Below, one piece after another: positions 50,082 to 64,000 of a stretch of DNA of 64,000 nt. Each line of letters opens with the position of its first letter. Position 1 is the first letter of the stretch. The DNA is from a virus. The notes below the pieces were generated by a model. The model was given only the letters and a program-made list of their open reading frames with translations, did not search any database and was not told where the DNA came from. The stretch spans positions 1 through 64,000 of the IMG/VR virus record IMGVR_UViG_3300044846_004348. The stretch is one strand, 5' to 3'. A program made the position numbers and the translations under genes.

Positions 50082-51005
50082 TTAGATTGAGTAAGCTATT
50101 TTTCCTGAATTACCGACAGCTAGACCTAATTCATTTGTTACGTATAAATCATTTATAGTACTAGAACCAAATGATGAAACTCTTTGATCCCACGAAATAC
50201 CGTCGTATGATGTTGCTAGTTTTCCACTTGCTCCTGCTGCTATATAAGCAGCATCTTGTTCTTGTGCCACTGCTATGGTTCTAATTGTTGACGATCCAAA
50301 ACTCGTAAATGGAAATGCTATATCCCACGAAATACCATCGGTTGATATAGTTACTTTTCCTAACTCTCCTACTGCTACATATCTATTGTTTATGTTTGAA
50401 ACAACGTCAAATATAGATTCTGTAGAAAATCCAGATGTTCTTAAAGTCCAACTTGTACCGTTAGTTGATGTTGCAAGTTTTCCGTCATAACCAACTGCAA
50501 TTATTAAATTATCGTTAGCAAAAACTTTATTTGTATATGTGGTTCCTAGTGGAGGAGTTCTAAGAGTCCAAGATATTCCATCTGGTGATGTTCCTAGTTT
50601 TCCATCGGAAGCGACTGCTATCCAAAGATTTGCTGAAGATGAGTATGTTACAGATGTTATTGCAGCTGAACCAAATCCAGATGCTCTCTGTGTCCAATTT
50701 ATTCCATTAGTAGATGTTGCAAGTTTTCCTGAACTTCCAGTAGCTACATACAGTTCCTGACCAGCATCATAAGCAATTGAAAATATTTTGCTTGTACCAA
50801 AAGAAGAAGTTCTTATAGTCCATGTTAAAAAATCTATAGATGTTGCAAGTTTCCCTGAGTCTCCTACGGCAACATATTTATCTCCGCTATAAATAATTGA
50901 ATTTATGTTCGATACATTAAAAGAAGTATCTCCAGTTTGAGTCCACGATACTGGTGCAAATGGTATAAATAAGGTTGAATTAAATGCATGGGTTACTGTA
51001 AACAT
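50082..51005 (-). CDS. BNR/Asp-box beta-propeller virion protein
   Basis: About 7 repeats of VAVGxxGKLATSxDGIxWTxR. Confidence 0.8.
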   Translation of the reverse strand: MFTVTHAFNSTLFIPFAPVSWTQTGDTSFNVSNINSIIYSGDKYVAVGDSGKLATSIDFLTWTIRTSSFGTSKIFSIAYDAGQELYVATGSSGKLATSTNGINWTQRASGFGSAAITSVTYSSSANLWIAVASDGKLGTSPDGISWTLRTPPLGTTYTNKVFANDNLIIAVGYDGKLATSTNGTSWTLRTSGFSTESIFDVVSNINNRYVAVGELGKVTISTDGISWDIAFPFTSFGSSTIRTIAVAQEQDAAYIAAGASGKLATSYDGISWDQRVSSFGSSTINDLYVTNELGLAVGNSGKIAYSI

Positions 51006-51008
51006 TAT

Positions 51009-52661
51009 TTATACTACTAAGTTTCCACTTAGTAACCATGTGTTTGATGAAAGTTTAATTAAAGAGGCTACAGCGTGTTGGGCTTTAGTTTTTAATCTTG
51101 TTCCTTCAGATCTTACAGTTACTCCTGCTGCTCCAGTAAATGTAATCTGTCCTAATCCATTTTGACTAACTAAAATTTGAGTGCCCACTGGAAAACTGTA
51201 CGTTGAGTCGGCTGGAATTGTTAGAGTTACTGCAGTACTTTTAGCTATTTGAACTAATTTACCTATATCTACTGCACTCAATATGTAGTTTTCAGTAGCT
51301 ATAGAAAATTCTAAGTTATAAAAAGGAGGTCCAGGCACTGTACTTGCTGCACCAGTTGGTCCTGTTGGTCCTTGCGCACCTGTAGGACCCGTAACATTTG
51401 AAGCAGCACCTTGCGGTCCCGAAGGTCCTGTAGGTCCTGTTGACCCCGTAGGTCCTGTTACAGTTGATGCAGGTCCCGTTGCACCCGTTGGTCCTGTAGG
51501 TCCTACTGATCCAGTAATACCAAATTTCCAACTAGAAAATGTTCCAGATCCATTCACTATATCTACGTTTACTAAAATATCTAAAGAACTTATAGTTAAA
51601 ATAGTTCCTTCAACGTAAATAGTTGGGGAACCAACGACAAATACTCTTACTCTATTTCCTACAGCATAAGCTCGTATAGAGTTAACTGTAAATAATAAGT
51701 TTCCTAAAGACATAGTTCTAGATGTACTAGAAGTGGTGTTGTCGTAGTCACTTCCTGTTAATCCTGTTGCACCAGTTGGTCCCGTGGGTCCTTGTGCACC
51801 CGTTGGTCCTGGAGTAGTTGATGCCGCACCAGTCGGTCCCGTAGGTCCAGTTGTACCTCTAAGACCTGTCTCTCCTTGTGAGCCTGTAGCACCAGTCGGA
51901 CCTGTTGCACCTGTAGGTCCAGTTGGTCCACCTGAAGGTCCCGTAGGTCCTGTTACACCTGTTGCACCCGTAGGTCCTGTAATACTTGCACCAGTAGGTC
52001 CTTGTGGTCCTGAAGGTCCAATAAATCCTCTAGGTCCCGTAGGTCCTTGCGGTCCTTGTGATCCAGTAGCACCCGTAGGTCCTAAAGGTCCTGTCTCTCC
52101 TATATCTCCAGTATCACCTTTATCACCCTTTGGTCCAGTTGACCCTCTCTCACCTGTTATACCTATTAATCCTTGCGGTCCTGTAGGTCCTTGCGGTCCA
52201 GTTGGTCCCGTTGGTCCAGTTACTGTATTTCCTTGAGGTCCTGTTTGACCTCTTGCACCTGTAGGACCTGTTTGACCTATCGGACCAGTTGGTCCTGTTA
52301 CAGTTGAATTAGCACCTTGAGGTCCAGTCGGACCAGTTGGTCCTGGTAATCCTGTGTTGCTAGAAGCAGATTCAACCCAAAAACCGTCATAATAAACATA
52401 AATTTGACCTGTTTCAGCATTGAACCAAGCATCACCTAAATCTGGAGATGCTGGAGGAGTTGCTGAGGATGTACTAAAATTACCTGTTGGTCCTGTAGGA
52501 CCCGTAACATTTGAAGCAGAACCTTGTGCACCTGTTGGACCAGTAGGTCCTACTACTTCAGAAACTACAAGTTGCCATGCAACGCCATCCCATTCCCATG
52601 TGTTTATTCCTGAAGTAAATTGTTGTGCTACTGATGGTGTATCTGGAAAATTAATTGCCAT
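51009..52661 (-). CDS. Collagen-like fibre (550 aa)
   Basis: [12 protein letters not shown] module, GDAWFN module, GPT runs, C-terminal domain shared with the 646-aa protein. Confidence 0.85.
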   Translation of the reverse strand: MAINFPDTPSVAQQFTSGINTWEWDGVAWQLVVSEVVGPTGPTGAQGSASNVTGPTGPTGNFSTSSATPPASPDLGDAWFNAETGQIYVYYDGFWVESASSNTGLPGPTGPTGPQGANSTVTGPTGPIGQTGPTGARGQTGPQGNTVTGPTGPTGPQGPTGPQGLIGITGERGSTGPKGDKGDTGDIGETGPLGPTGATGSQGPQGPTGPRGFIGPSGPQGPTGASITGPTGATGVTGPTGPSGGPTGPTGATGPTGATGSQGETGLRGTTGPTGPTGAASTTPGPTGAQGPTGPTGATGLTGSDYDNTTSSTSRTMSLGNLLFTVNSIRAYAVGNRVRVFVVGSPTIYVEGTILTISSLDILVNVDIVNGSGTFSSWKFGITGSVGPTGPTGATGPASTVTGPTGSTGPTGPSGPQGAASNVTGPTGAQGPTGPTGAASTVPGPPFYNLEFSIATENYILSAVDIGKLVQIAKSTAVTLTIPADSTYSFPVGTQILVSQNGLGQITFTGAAGVTVRSEGTRLKTKAQHAVASLIKLSSNTWLLSGNLVV

Positions 52662-52664
52662 TTA

Positions 52665-53357
52665 CTATACCGTCGCTTCGTATTGAAAATGGATAAGAAT
52701 TCTATCACTGCTACTAAATAAAAATGGTGTATCAAAAGCTACTGGGAAACCTTCGTCATAAGAAGAAGATTGTCCATGAACCCACATCTCGACTCTACTA
52801 TCATTATTTTCATTAAAAATTGCTGTACCAAAGTATGTTAAACCTGGACCCTCGTCTCTAATAACTACTTGACCCATTGGCTGATAGTTTTCTGCAATAC
52901 CTGTTGCTGGTAGAGAGAAAAAATATTTACCAGTTCCTCTATTGAATCCAACAGTTCCAGCAACCATTCTTATTTCACCAACAATAGTTGCACCTAAAGC
53001 GACATACCTTCCTGTAATACTTCCATTTCCTATTGCTGGCTGTGTAGCACCACTTGAAGTCCATGTTGGTGTGTAAGTAGTCCATGCAGTAAAACCAAAA
53101 GTACCTGCAGGTCCAGTTGCACCTGTTGGTCCCGTTACTGTACTTGCAGGTCCTGTCGGTCCAGTAGGTCCAAACGGTCCTGTAGGTCCTGTTGAACCAA
53201 TTGCTGTTGAATCTAAACCTGGGGCACCAGTTGGTCCTGTTGGTCCAACGGCGCTAGTACGAACTAGACGCCATGCGGTTCCATTCCAAATATAAGTTTG
53301 AGTACCAAAGGTGTAAGTATCATTTACTGTAGGTGTACTTGGAAAATCAATAGGCAT
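52665..53357 (-). CDS. Short collagen-like fibre (230 aa) with a globular tip
   Basis: [12 protein letters not shown] module, GPT run, WTTYTPTWT tip domain shared with the 1522-aa protein; SD GGAGG. Confidence 0.85.
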   Translation of the reverse strand: MPIDFPSTPTVNDTYTFGTQTYIWNGTAWRLVRTSAVGPTGPTGAPGLDSTAIGSTGPTGPFGPTGPTGPASTVTGPTGATGPAGTFGFTAWTTYTPTWTSSGATQPAIGNGSITGRYVALGATIVGEIRMVAGTVGFNRGTGKYFFSLPATGIAENYQPMGQVVIRDEGPGLTYFGTAIFNENNDSRVEMWVHGQSSSYDEGFPVAFDTPFLFSSSDRILIHFQYEATV

Positions 53358-53402
53358 TACTTACCTCCTTTGTTTGTGTATTTAAATTCTATACTTAGTT
53401 TG

Positions 53403-57971
<4,569 letters not shown>

Positions 57972-57993
57972 TTACACTCCATAAAAATTAAAT

Positions 57994-58025
57994 GAGAAAA
58001 CAACTGAGGTGCAATCAGTTTTCTC
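57994..58025 (-). terminator. Hairpin between the phosphoesterase gene and the fibre module (terminator or leader element)
   Basis: GAGAAAA-CTGA..TCAG-TTG-TTTTCTC on the minus strand, followed by an A/T tract. Confidence 0.45.
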
Positions 58026-58090
58026 GACCATCTATATATTACAGGTGTTTCTATACCTATTATTTGGATTAAGTACACATTTTTGTGTAG

Positions 58091-59296
58091 CTATCTAACC
58101 GTTCCGATAATACTTATGTCTTTTCTAGGGTCGTGACCAGAGCCTATTACCATACTTAATACCCCTGGAGGTGATTCTAAACCACTTTTTTCACGAAACC
58201 AGGAGGACCCAGGATCGGTGGTCGGGGCCTGCACCCAAAAACGAGATCCAATATCCATACTTTTAAAATTATGATAATGCCCAGAAATCCACACGTCGCA
58301 ACCCCCGATTGGAGTTTGTCCCGCTGCTTGTCCTGATAAGTACTTAAGAACGTCTCTTCCTGCTTGATGACCATGAAAAATGCCTAACATTGTTCCACAA
58401 ATATTTACTGAAACAGTGTTTGTGTCTTTTGCTGGAAATCTAAACTCTACATGAGATAAATTTTCGTTTTCTGCGCAAGCATCTTGTACAGCACTAGCAA
58501 TCTCAACATTCCATCCATCTGATGGGTCAGCCGTTACTTGGCGAGTAGATTCGTCGTGATTTCCATTAACTACTGGGACAATTAAATTTTCACACAGTGG
58601 TGCAAATGCTTTGATTTGTGCTAGTAAAAGTCTTCTGGCAACTCTAGTTTGCTCGGTGATGCCTAAATCTGATGCTGCTTGTCCTTGAAGTCTTCCGTGT
58701 TGAGAAACATTTCCTTCTACGTGATCCCCAGGAAGAGCCAGAACTATCGTCCCAATTTTTCTTCCAATTTTTCTTAATTCTTGAAGTCTGTGTATTCCAC
58801 CTTCTGTAGTTTCTAAAATTCTTTTTACAGATCCAGCTGTTCCATCGTCTCCAGATTTTTTACCAATTTGTTGATCGCTGGGGGCAAATATGTATGCTAA
58901 CTCTCCAGTTTCTTGTTTTTGTCCTTTTGAAGGTTTCCATTTTTTAATTTCATCTACTAAAGCCTCTACATCTAAATCAGAAGATTCTCTATTTACTAAC
59001 GGTATTAAATTTAATCTGTAGGCTTCTAACCACTCGCCATCAAATTTTTGCCACCTTGATCTTCTAACAGATGTGACGCACCATGTGTTTGGATCTAAGT
59101 CAAACTCTTTAAGTAGTTGTTCGGAGTCTGGAGTCTGTCCTGCTGGTCTTGGGGTTGATACTAAAAATCCACCGCTATCATCTATTTCCATTCTTGGCTT
59201 CCAAGATTCTGGGGTGTTGCTTGCTTTTGTGTCAGAGACGCTTGGACCTGGACTAACTAAAGCGTAAAATTTTTCTGTAAGAGTTTCGTCAGACAT
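58091..59296 (-). CDS. Calcineurin-like metallophosphoesterase (Mre11-like phage family)
   Basis: SDQQIGK, GDHVEG, GNHDE, FHGH, GHYH. Confidence 0.85.
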   Translation of the reverse strand: MSDETLTEKFYALVSPGPSVSDTKASNTPESWKPRMEIDDSGGFLVSTPRPAGQTPDSEQLLKEFDLDPNTWCVTSVRRSRWQKFDGEWLEAYRLNLIPLVNRESSDLDVEALVDEIKKWKPSKGQKQETGELAYIFAPSDQQIGKKSGDDGTAGSVKRILETTEGGIHRLQELRKIGRKIGTIVLALPGDHVEGNVSQHGRLQGQAASDLGITEQTRVARRLLLAQIKAFAPLCENLIVPVVNGNHDESTRQVTADPSDGWNVEIASAVQDACAENENLSHVEFRFPAKDTNTVSVNICGTMLGIFHGHQAGRDVLKYLSGQAAGQTPIGGCDVWISGHYHNFKSMDIGSRFWVQAPTTDPGSSWFREKSGLESPPGVLSMVIGSGHDPRKDISIIGTVR

Positions 59297-59582
59297 TAAT
59301 TTCCTCTGAGTGTGTAGATCTTGTGGATTTACCTACAAAGCATCTGCATTGTTTTCTTCTATGTAGGGCGATAGACGCATAGGCTATGTCATACCCCTCG
59401 CTTAAAAGAACATTTTGAATTTGTCTATTTGAGATTCTTCGAGAATCTGATGTTTTAACGGCTAGAACTGCCTCTAATGCTTTTACATCTTTATCTGGCA
59501 TATCTTTTAATATTTTTGCAATTCCGCAAGGTAAGCCTGATTCTGATGGAGCAATGTCAGAAAATCTATCTGAAAGACTCAT
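59289..59582 (-). CDS. Small putative DNA-binding / zinc-binding protein coupled to the phosphoesterase
   Basis: PC..helical region..HRRKQCRC; 8-nt overlap with the next gene. Confidence 0.6.
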   Translation of the reverse strand: MSLSDRFSDIAPSESGLPCGIAKILKDMPDKDVKALEAVLAVKTSDSRRISNRQIQNVLLSEGYDIAYASIALHRRKQCRCFVGKSTRSTHSEEINV

Positions 59583-59744
59583 TGAAAGATCCTCTCTACT
59601 GTTGTAGTAATGTTTGTTATCTCTCAGTTAACAAATTTAACAGAAGTAAGTCAATAAGTCCCTTATTCAGTAGATTTTGAGTACAGCGTGTCGGAACTGT
59701 TTTGGAAAGAGAAAATGCTCTAAAACTCGACTTATTTGGTCAGA

Positions 59745-60110
59745 TTATGCTGATTTATTGGATTTAGTTTTTTTAACTTTTGCGGTTTCTTTCTTTATAA
59801 TGTGTGTCACTAATAAATCTTTTAGCTCTAGATTCTCTGACTTAATGTGCTTAAGAGTGTTTTCAATTTCATTTACTTTTCTAGCTACATCTGGAAGACT
59901 TAGGCCTCCATTAGCGCTTGGGTGTATTGGGGCAGTTGCTTCACCAATTTCCTCTTTTATTACGCTTCTAAGTTGTCTCATCCACCATCTCGAGAACCCT
60001 CTAGCAACAGTATAAAAAGTTATAATAAAAACTAAGATTGCCGTGGCATCACCAATGTCAAAACCTACTGTGCCAGGTTCCCACCAAGTGTTGCTTATAA
60101 TAAAATCCAC
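59745..60110 (-). CDS. Membrane protein (holin / lysis-accessory-like)
   Basis: One TM helix, NGGLSLPDV motif and coiled coil; extended -10 TGGTATATT at 60150-60158. Confidence 0.55.
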   Translation of the reverse strand: MDFIISNTWWEPGTVGFDIGDATAILVFIITFYTVARGFSRWWMRQLRSVIKEEIGEATAPIHPSANGGLSLPDVARKVNEIENTLKHIKSENLELKDLLVTHIIKKETAKVKKTKSNKSA

Positions 60111-60271
60111 TTAATACCAATCTTGACTATAAATAACTAATATCTATAAAATATACCATGAAACACGCGACTCGCTTATACGACTCTAGTTCTTGTAAAT
60201 GAGCTTTAGTTTGTATACTCTTAATTCTTAACATACTGAATAAACTAAACAAAATGACAAAGAGGGTCTAA

Positions 60272-60493
60272 GTGTTTGACACGCAAAAGAGGGTTAGTGC
60301 AAGGGCAATAGCTCTTCATTATGGTTTACCTCAAAATGTGGTTTATAGAGCAATTAGCTCAGGAGAACTTCCAGCGGCTTCAATAAAAACTAAAAACAAA
60401 ACAAGAGCATATATTCTTCCGCAAGATGCAGAAGTTTGGTTTAACTCTTTACTAGAAAACAAAAATTTTAAATCTTTAATGGAGACAAAATGA
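60272..60493 (+). CDS. Helix-turn-helix (excisionase/MerR-like) DNA-binding protein
   Basis: SARAIALHYGLPQNVVYRAISSGELPA. Confidence 0.7.
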   Translation: MFDTQKRVSARAIALHYGLPQNVVYRAISSGELPAASIKTKNKTRAYILPQDAEVWFNSLLENKNFKSLMETK

Positions 60494-63153
60494 GTAACCA
60501 TAAAGATGCAAATGGAAGACTAGCTAGTGCTGCTACTTGGTATGCAAACATAGATTGGAAAATTCTTCCGTGCTACGGAATTATTGATGGCAGATGTACT
60601 TGTAGTCAGCCTCACGCTGAGCCAAAAGATATGGGAAAGCATCCAAGTATTGACCAGTGGAATACACGAGCCACGTCTGATGTAAATCAAATATCAAATT
60701 GGTGGAACTCTAATCCAGAAAATAATATTGGTGTTTACTGTGCTCCTAGCGGTTTTTTTGTAATCGACATTGACCCTAGATCTGGTGGCGTTGAATCTTT
60801 TGACAAATTTGAATCTTATGTAGATGGTGCACTTCCTCCAACAGTAGAAGCCTTTACTGGTGAATACAACGTTCAAGGAAAAATTGTTAGAGGTAGACAT
60901 CTTTTCTATAAGTGTGATCCAACAGAAGAGTTAGTTGGAAACTTAATTAAAGCTGGATTTAAAGGCGTAGATATTAAACATAATGGATATGTTCTTATCT
61001 CTCCTTCTCGTCATTTTTCTGGGAATTGCTACGACTGGAAGAGTGGTCATGCCCCTTGGGAAATTGAAATGGCAGAGGCCCCAGAAGAACTTCTATCTGT
61101 AATCAGAAAACGTTCAAGAAAAATTGGTAGTAGAACTTCTTTAGGTACCACCGATTGGGACGAAATATTTGGAGATCTTGATTACGAAAAAGATCGAGTA
61201 GATATTGAAAGAATGATGAAAGAGGGTATAGATGAAGGCTCTCGTGCTGTAGATATTTACAAGTTAACTTGTGCTCTTGCTAATAAATATGGAGTAGAAG
61301 ATGATCTAAAGAAAAAAGCTATTGAAGTTTTAATGATGGAGTTTAATCACACTAAAGTTAGACCTCCTCTTCCATTAGAAGGAACTAACGGTTTACTTCA
61401 CCATGTCCGTAGAGCAATAGATTTTGTTTCTGCTAATCCAATAATTGGAAAAATTGCACCTAAAACTCTTGAGTGGTTACAAACTACTGGAAGAAAAATA
61501 TCTGAAAATTCAGGAACTGAAACTAAAACTGTAGAAAGATCTCTACAACCTTTAACTGGTGTAGTTAGACCTCAGATAGTAACAACTAATGCTGCTCTAC
61601 CAGGAACTATTGCTGGGTCAATTGCTGAGTCTATTGAAAATGGTGACTCTATTTCATTTGCAACTTCTCTACATAACATGGATGTTCCTTTAGATCCAGA
61701 TGCTGTATCTGAAAATGACGGTGGAGAAATAGGTGGTCGTTCTATGACAGACACTGGTAATGGTCGTAGATTGATAGATACCTTTGGTCAAATTATTCGT
61801 TACTCGGAAGGTTTGGGTTGGTTTCAATGGGATGGAACTTGTTGGTTACCAGACAAGGAAGCACTTGGAGTTCAAGAACTAGCAAAAAACTTAGCGTCAA
61901 TAATTAGTCAAGAAACTAAAAATTACGAAAGTAATACCGATAAGCAAATGGAAATTATAAAATTTGCACACTCTTCTAAATCAAATGCAAGAATTGACGC
62001 TTCAATTAAAAGTGCTAACTCTGATCCAAGAATTATGGTTCCAGTTGAAAAGTGGGATTCTGATGAGAATTTGATAGGTGTTGCAAACGGAGTTATAGAT
62101 TTAAAAACTGGAGAACTTCTAAAAGGTCGTCCAGATTTGTACATCAGCAAAAGAGCTCCAGTTTCTTACAGCCCAGGTATAAGAAATATTAGGTGGGAAC
62201 AATTTATTGATTTTGCTACTGGAGGAGATAAAGAACTTCAAGACTGGATCCAACGCGCTGCTGGTTATACATTAACTGGCTCTCGCAAGTACGACGTTAT
62301 GTTTTTAGTTTATGGCCCTGCTGGCTCTGGTAAAAATACATTAGTTGAAGCAATAGTTAAAGCTTTAGGTACAGATCAATATGCTTTTCCTTTTGATTCA
62401 ACAATTTTGGCTCAGGGAGACGGTAAAGCAAATAGTTCTGATTTATACCATTGGGCAGAACTTCGTGGTAAAAGAATGATTTGGGTCGACGAATTACCTG
62501 ATTCAGAAAGACTCAAAGAAAACTCTGTTAAAAAATTAACTGGTTCATCTGAAATTTCTGCTCGTTCTCCTGGTGGTAGACCTTTCAGTTTTTCTTCTAG
62601 AGCAAAGCTTTGGATTACAACTAACCACAGACCAATTATCAATGATGATGCTATGTGGCGTCGTATTAGAGCAATACCTTTAACAAAGGTGCCAGAAACA
62701 TCTGACCCTGATCTAAAAGAATATATTTTTAGTCCAGAGGGTGCTTTGCCAGCAGTCCTTGCTTGGGCTGTTGAAGGTGCTGTAAAAATTCTTAGTTCAA
62801 GTTCTAGAGATGCTTTAGGAATGTGTACTGCTGTTAAAGAAGCATCAGAAATGTATCGTAAAACTGAAGACAGAATTGGTATGTTCCTTGATGAGGAAAC
62901 TAATGCTGTTGATGGAGCAGTAGTTAGTATTAAAGAACTTTATGGTACTTACCAAATTTGGAGTGATTCTCGTGGTGAGAGGGCTATGACACAAATTGCT
63001 TTCGACAAAAAACTTCGTGAAAGAGGTTTTGACGTTGTAGGAAATGGTAGTCAAGCAATTATAAATAACCTTTCTCAAAAGCCAAGGGCAGTTAGAAGTC
63101 CTGAAGAAAACTGGTCTCATCTAACAAGAAGTGCTTCATTTAACAAATACTAA
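60490..63153 (+). CDS. Bifunctional primase-polymerase fused to a D5/P4-type SF3 helicase
   Basis: C.C..GKHP, NIG..VIDID, GRHLFY, TDTGNG, NGVIDLKTG, Walker A YGPAGSGKNT, TNHRP, AMWRRI. Confidence 0.92.
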   Translation: MSNHKDANGRLASAATWYANIDWKILPCYGIIDGRCTCSQPHAEPKDMGKHPSIDQWNTRATSDVNQISNWWNSNPENNIGVYCAPSGFFVIDIDPRSGGVESFDKFESYVDGALPPTVEAFTGEYNVQGKIVRGRHLFYKCDPTEELVGNLIKAGFKGVDIKHNGYVLISPSRHFSGNCYDWKSGHAPWEIEMAEAPEELLSVIRKRSRKIGSRTSLGTTDWDEIFGDLDYEKDRVDIERMMKEGIDEGSRAVDIYKLTCALANKYGVEDDLKKKAIEVLMMEFNHTKVRPPLPLEGTNGLLHHVRRAIDFVSANPIIGKIAPKTLEWLQTTGRKISENSGTETKTVERSLQPLTGVVRPQIVTTNAALPGTIAGSIAESIENGDSISFATSLHNMDVPLDPDAVSENDGGEIGGRSMTDTGNGRRLIDTFGQIIRYSEGLGWFQWDGTCWLPDKEALGVQELAKNLASIISQETKNYESNTDKQMEIIKFAHSSKSNARIDASIKSANSDPRIMVPVEKWDSDENLIGVANGVIDLKTGELLKGRPDLYISKRAPVSYSPGIRNIRWEQFIDFATGGDKELQDWIQRAAGYTLTGSRKYDVMFLVYGPAGSGKNTLVEAIVKALGTDQYAFPFDSTILAQGDGKANSSDLYHWAELRGKRMIWVDELPDSERLKENSVKKLTGSSEISARSPGGRPFSFSSRAKLWITTNHRPIINDDAMWRRIRAIPLTKVPETSDPDLKEYIFSPEGALPAVLAWAVEGAVKILSSSSRDALGMCTAVKEASEMYRKTEDRIGMFLDEETNAVDGAVVSIKELYGTYQIWSDSRGERAMTQIAFDKKLRERGFDVVGNGSQAIINNLSQKPRAVRSPEENWSHLTRSASFNKY

Positions 63154-63213
63154 AAATCACCTCTTAAAAAATAAGGTATTTTATAGGTATCTAATTTTTA
63201 AGGAAGGTAATAA

Positions 63214-63873
63214 ATGGTCTGGCCTGTACCAAAAAACTATAAAATCACGACTGCTTTTGCAAAACCAGGAAAAATGTGGACAACAGGACGCCACGAAGGA
63301 GTAGATTTTGCTGCTCCAGTTGGAACTCCTGTTTATGCTGCTGGAGATGGCAAAGTAATTGGAACTGGTATTTGGGGAAGTGCTTACGGAAGTAAGTCTC
63401 TTGTAATTCAACACGGAAAACTTTATGTTATGTACGCTCATATGAGCGAGTTATTTGTTAAAAAAGGTGACACCGTTAAAGGTGGACAAGAAGTTGGAAA
63501 AGTTGGTAAAGAAGGAAATGTTACGGGTCCTCATCTTCACTTAGAGGCTCAAGCAAAACCAACTTGGACTCGTGGTGGTGGAATTGATCCAGCAGAACTT
63601 CTTGCAAGTGGCGGAGGTTCGGCTCCAGTTGCCGCTGCTCCAGTTGCCGCTGCTCCAGTTGCAAATCCAAAAGCATACCCTGGTAATCCAGTAAAACTTG
63701 GAGATAAGGGTCCTCACATTGCTGAACTACGTAAAGCATTGGGTCTTAGTGCTGGTACTACTTATGATGCTAAAGCTGTCGAGGCTGTTAAAAAAATTCA
63801 AGCAGCAAATAAAGCTTTGGGTACTCCAGATGGAGTTATTGGTCCAAAGAGTTGGAAAGCAATCGTAAAATAA
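63214..63873 (+). CDS. Endolysin: M23 peptidase plus peptidoglycan-binding domain
   Basis: HEGVD, YAHM, GPHLH; APVAA linker; C-terminal DGVIGPKSW. Confidence 0.9.
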   Translation: MVWPVPKNYKITTAFAKPGKMWTTGRHEGVDFAAPVGTPVYAAGDGKVIGTGIWGSAYGSKSLVIQHGKLYVMYAHMSELFVKKGDTVKGGQEVGKVGKEGNVTGPHLHLEAQAKPTWTRGGGIDPAELLASGGGSAPVAAAPVAAAPVANPKAYPGNPVKLGDKGPHIAELRKALGLSAGTTYDAKAVEAVKKIQAANKALGTPDGVIGPKSWKAIVK

Positions 63874-63999
63874 TTAAGGATTAATAATCCTTGCACCGCG
63901 GCTGCCAGTTGAACTTCTAAAATTAGGAATTCTTCTGGCAGCTGGTGATTTTGCAGTAATTCTTCCACCCATAAATCCTTGTGGTGGTTTAATTAATAA
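63874..63999 (-). CDS. 3' end of a convergent gene entering from outside the window (possibly terminase large subunit)
   Basis: Open frame LLIKPPQGFMGGRITAKSPAARRIPNFRSSTGSRGARIINP* whose stop abuts the endolysin stop; the identity is only a recalled resemblance. Confidence 0.4.
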   Translation of the reverse strand, partial: LLIKPPQGFMGGRITAKSPAARRIPNFRSSTGSRGARIINP

Positions 64000-64000
64000 C

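Noticed and set aside
63622-63662. 15-nt tandem repeat in the endolysin gene
   Set aside because: Encodes an ordinary APVAA linker

Overview
A 64 kb segment of an AT-rich tailed dsDNA phage genome with siphovirus-type tail genes. Two WhiB regulators and actinophage-type head and tail genes point to an actinobacterial host; the low GC suggests freshwater acI-like Actinomycetota (inference). Layout: (+) 1-19.7 kb head and tail morphogenesis (5'-truncated multidomain prohead protease, major capsid protein, major tail protein, -1 frameshifted tail chaperone, tape measure, Dit, Tal-like hub, chaperone-bearing fibre); (+) 20.5-30.7 kb replication, recombination and regulation (PolA, RuvC-like, SNF2 helicase, Cas4-like exonuclease, Sak4-like ATPase, SSB, GT-B-like protein, DUF6378, 2x WhiB); (-) 30.7-58 kb appendage module (six Gly-Pro-Thr collagen fibres, a 2863-aa plus 826-aa repeat-protein pair, CBM, beta-propeller, cupredoxin and fibrinogen-like heads, ending in a flavin-dependent halogenase, a small membrane protein and a GT2-TPR glycosyltransferase); then a metallophosphoesterase, prim-pol/D5 helicase and M23 endolysin. 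Main observations: (1) FCCH-like beta-barrel repeats in Dit and the giant protein are nested inside one another, with closing strands returning later like parentheses, implying out-and-back, branched appendages; (2) the 826-aa and 2863-aa genes look like one ancestral gene split mid-repeat; (3) the collagen/GT2-TPR cassette parallels spore BclA/SgtA glycosylation and suggests a modular glycosylated virion coat; (4) a structured leader that can occlude the capsid RBS, and internal in-frame starts in the head genes. All family calls come from recognising motifs by eye; no database searches were run.
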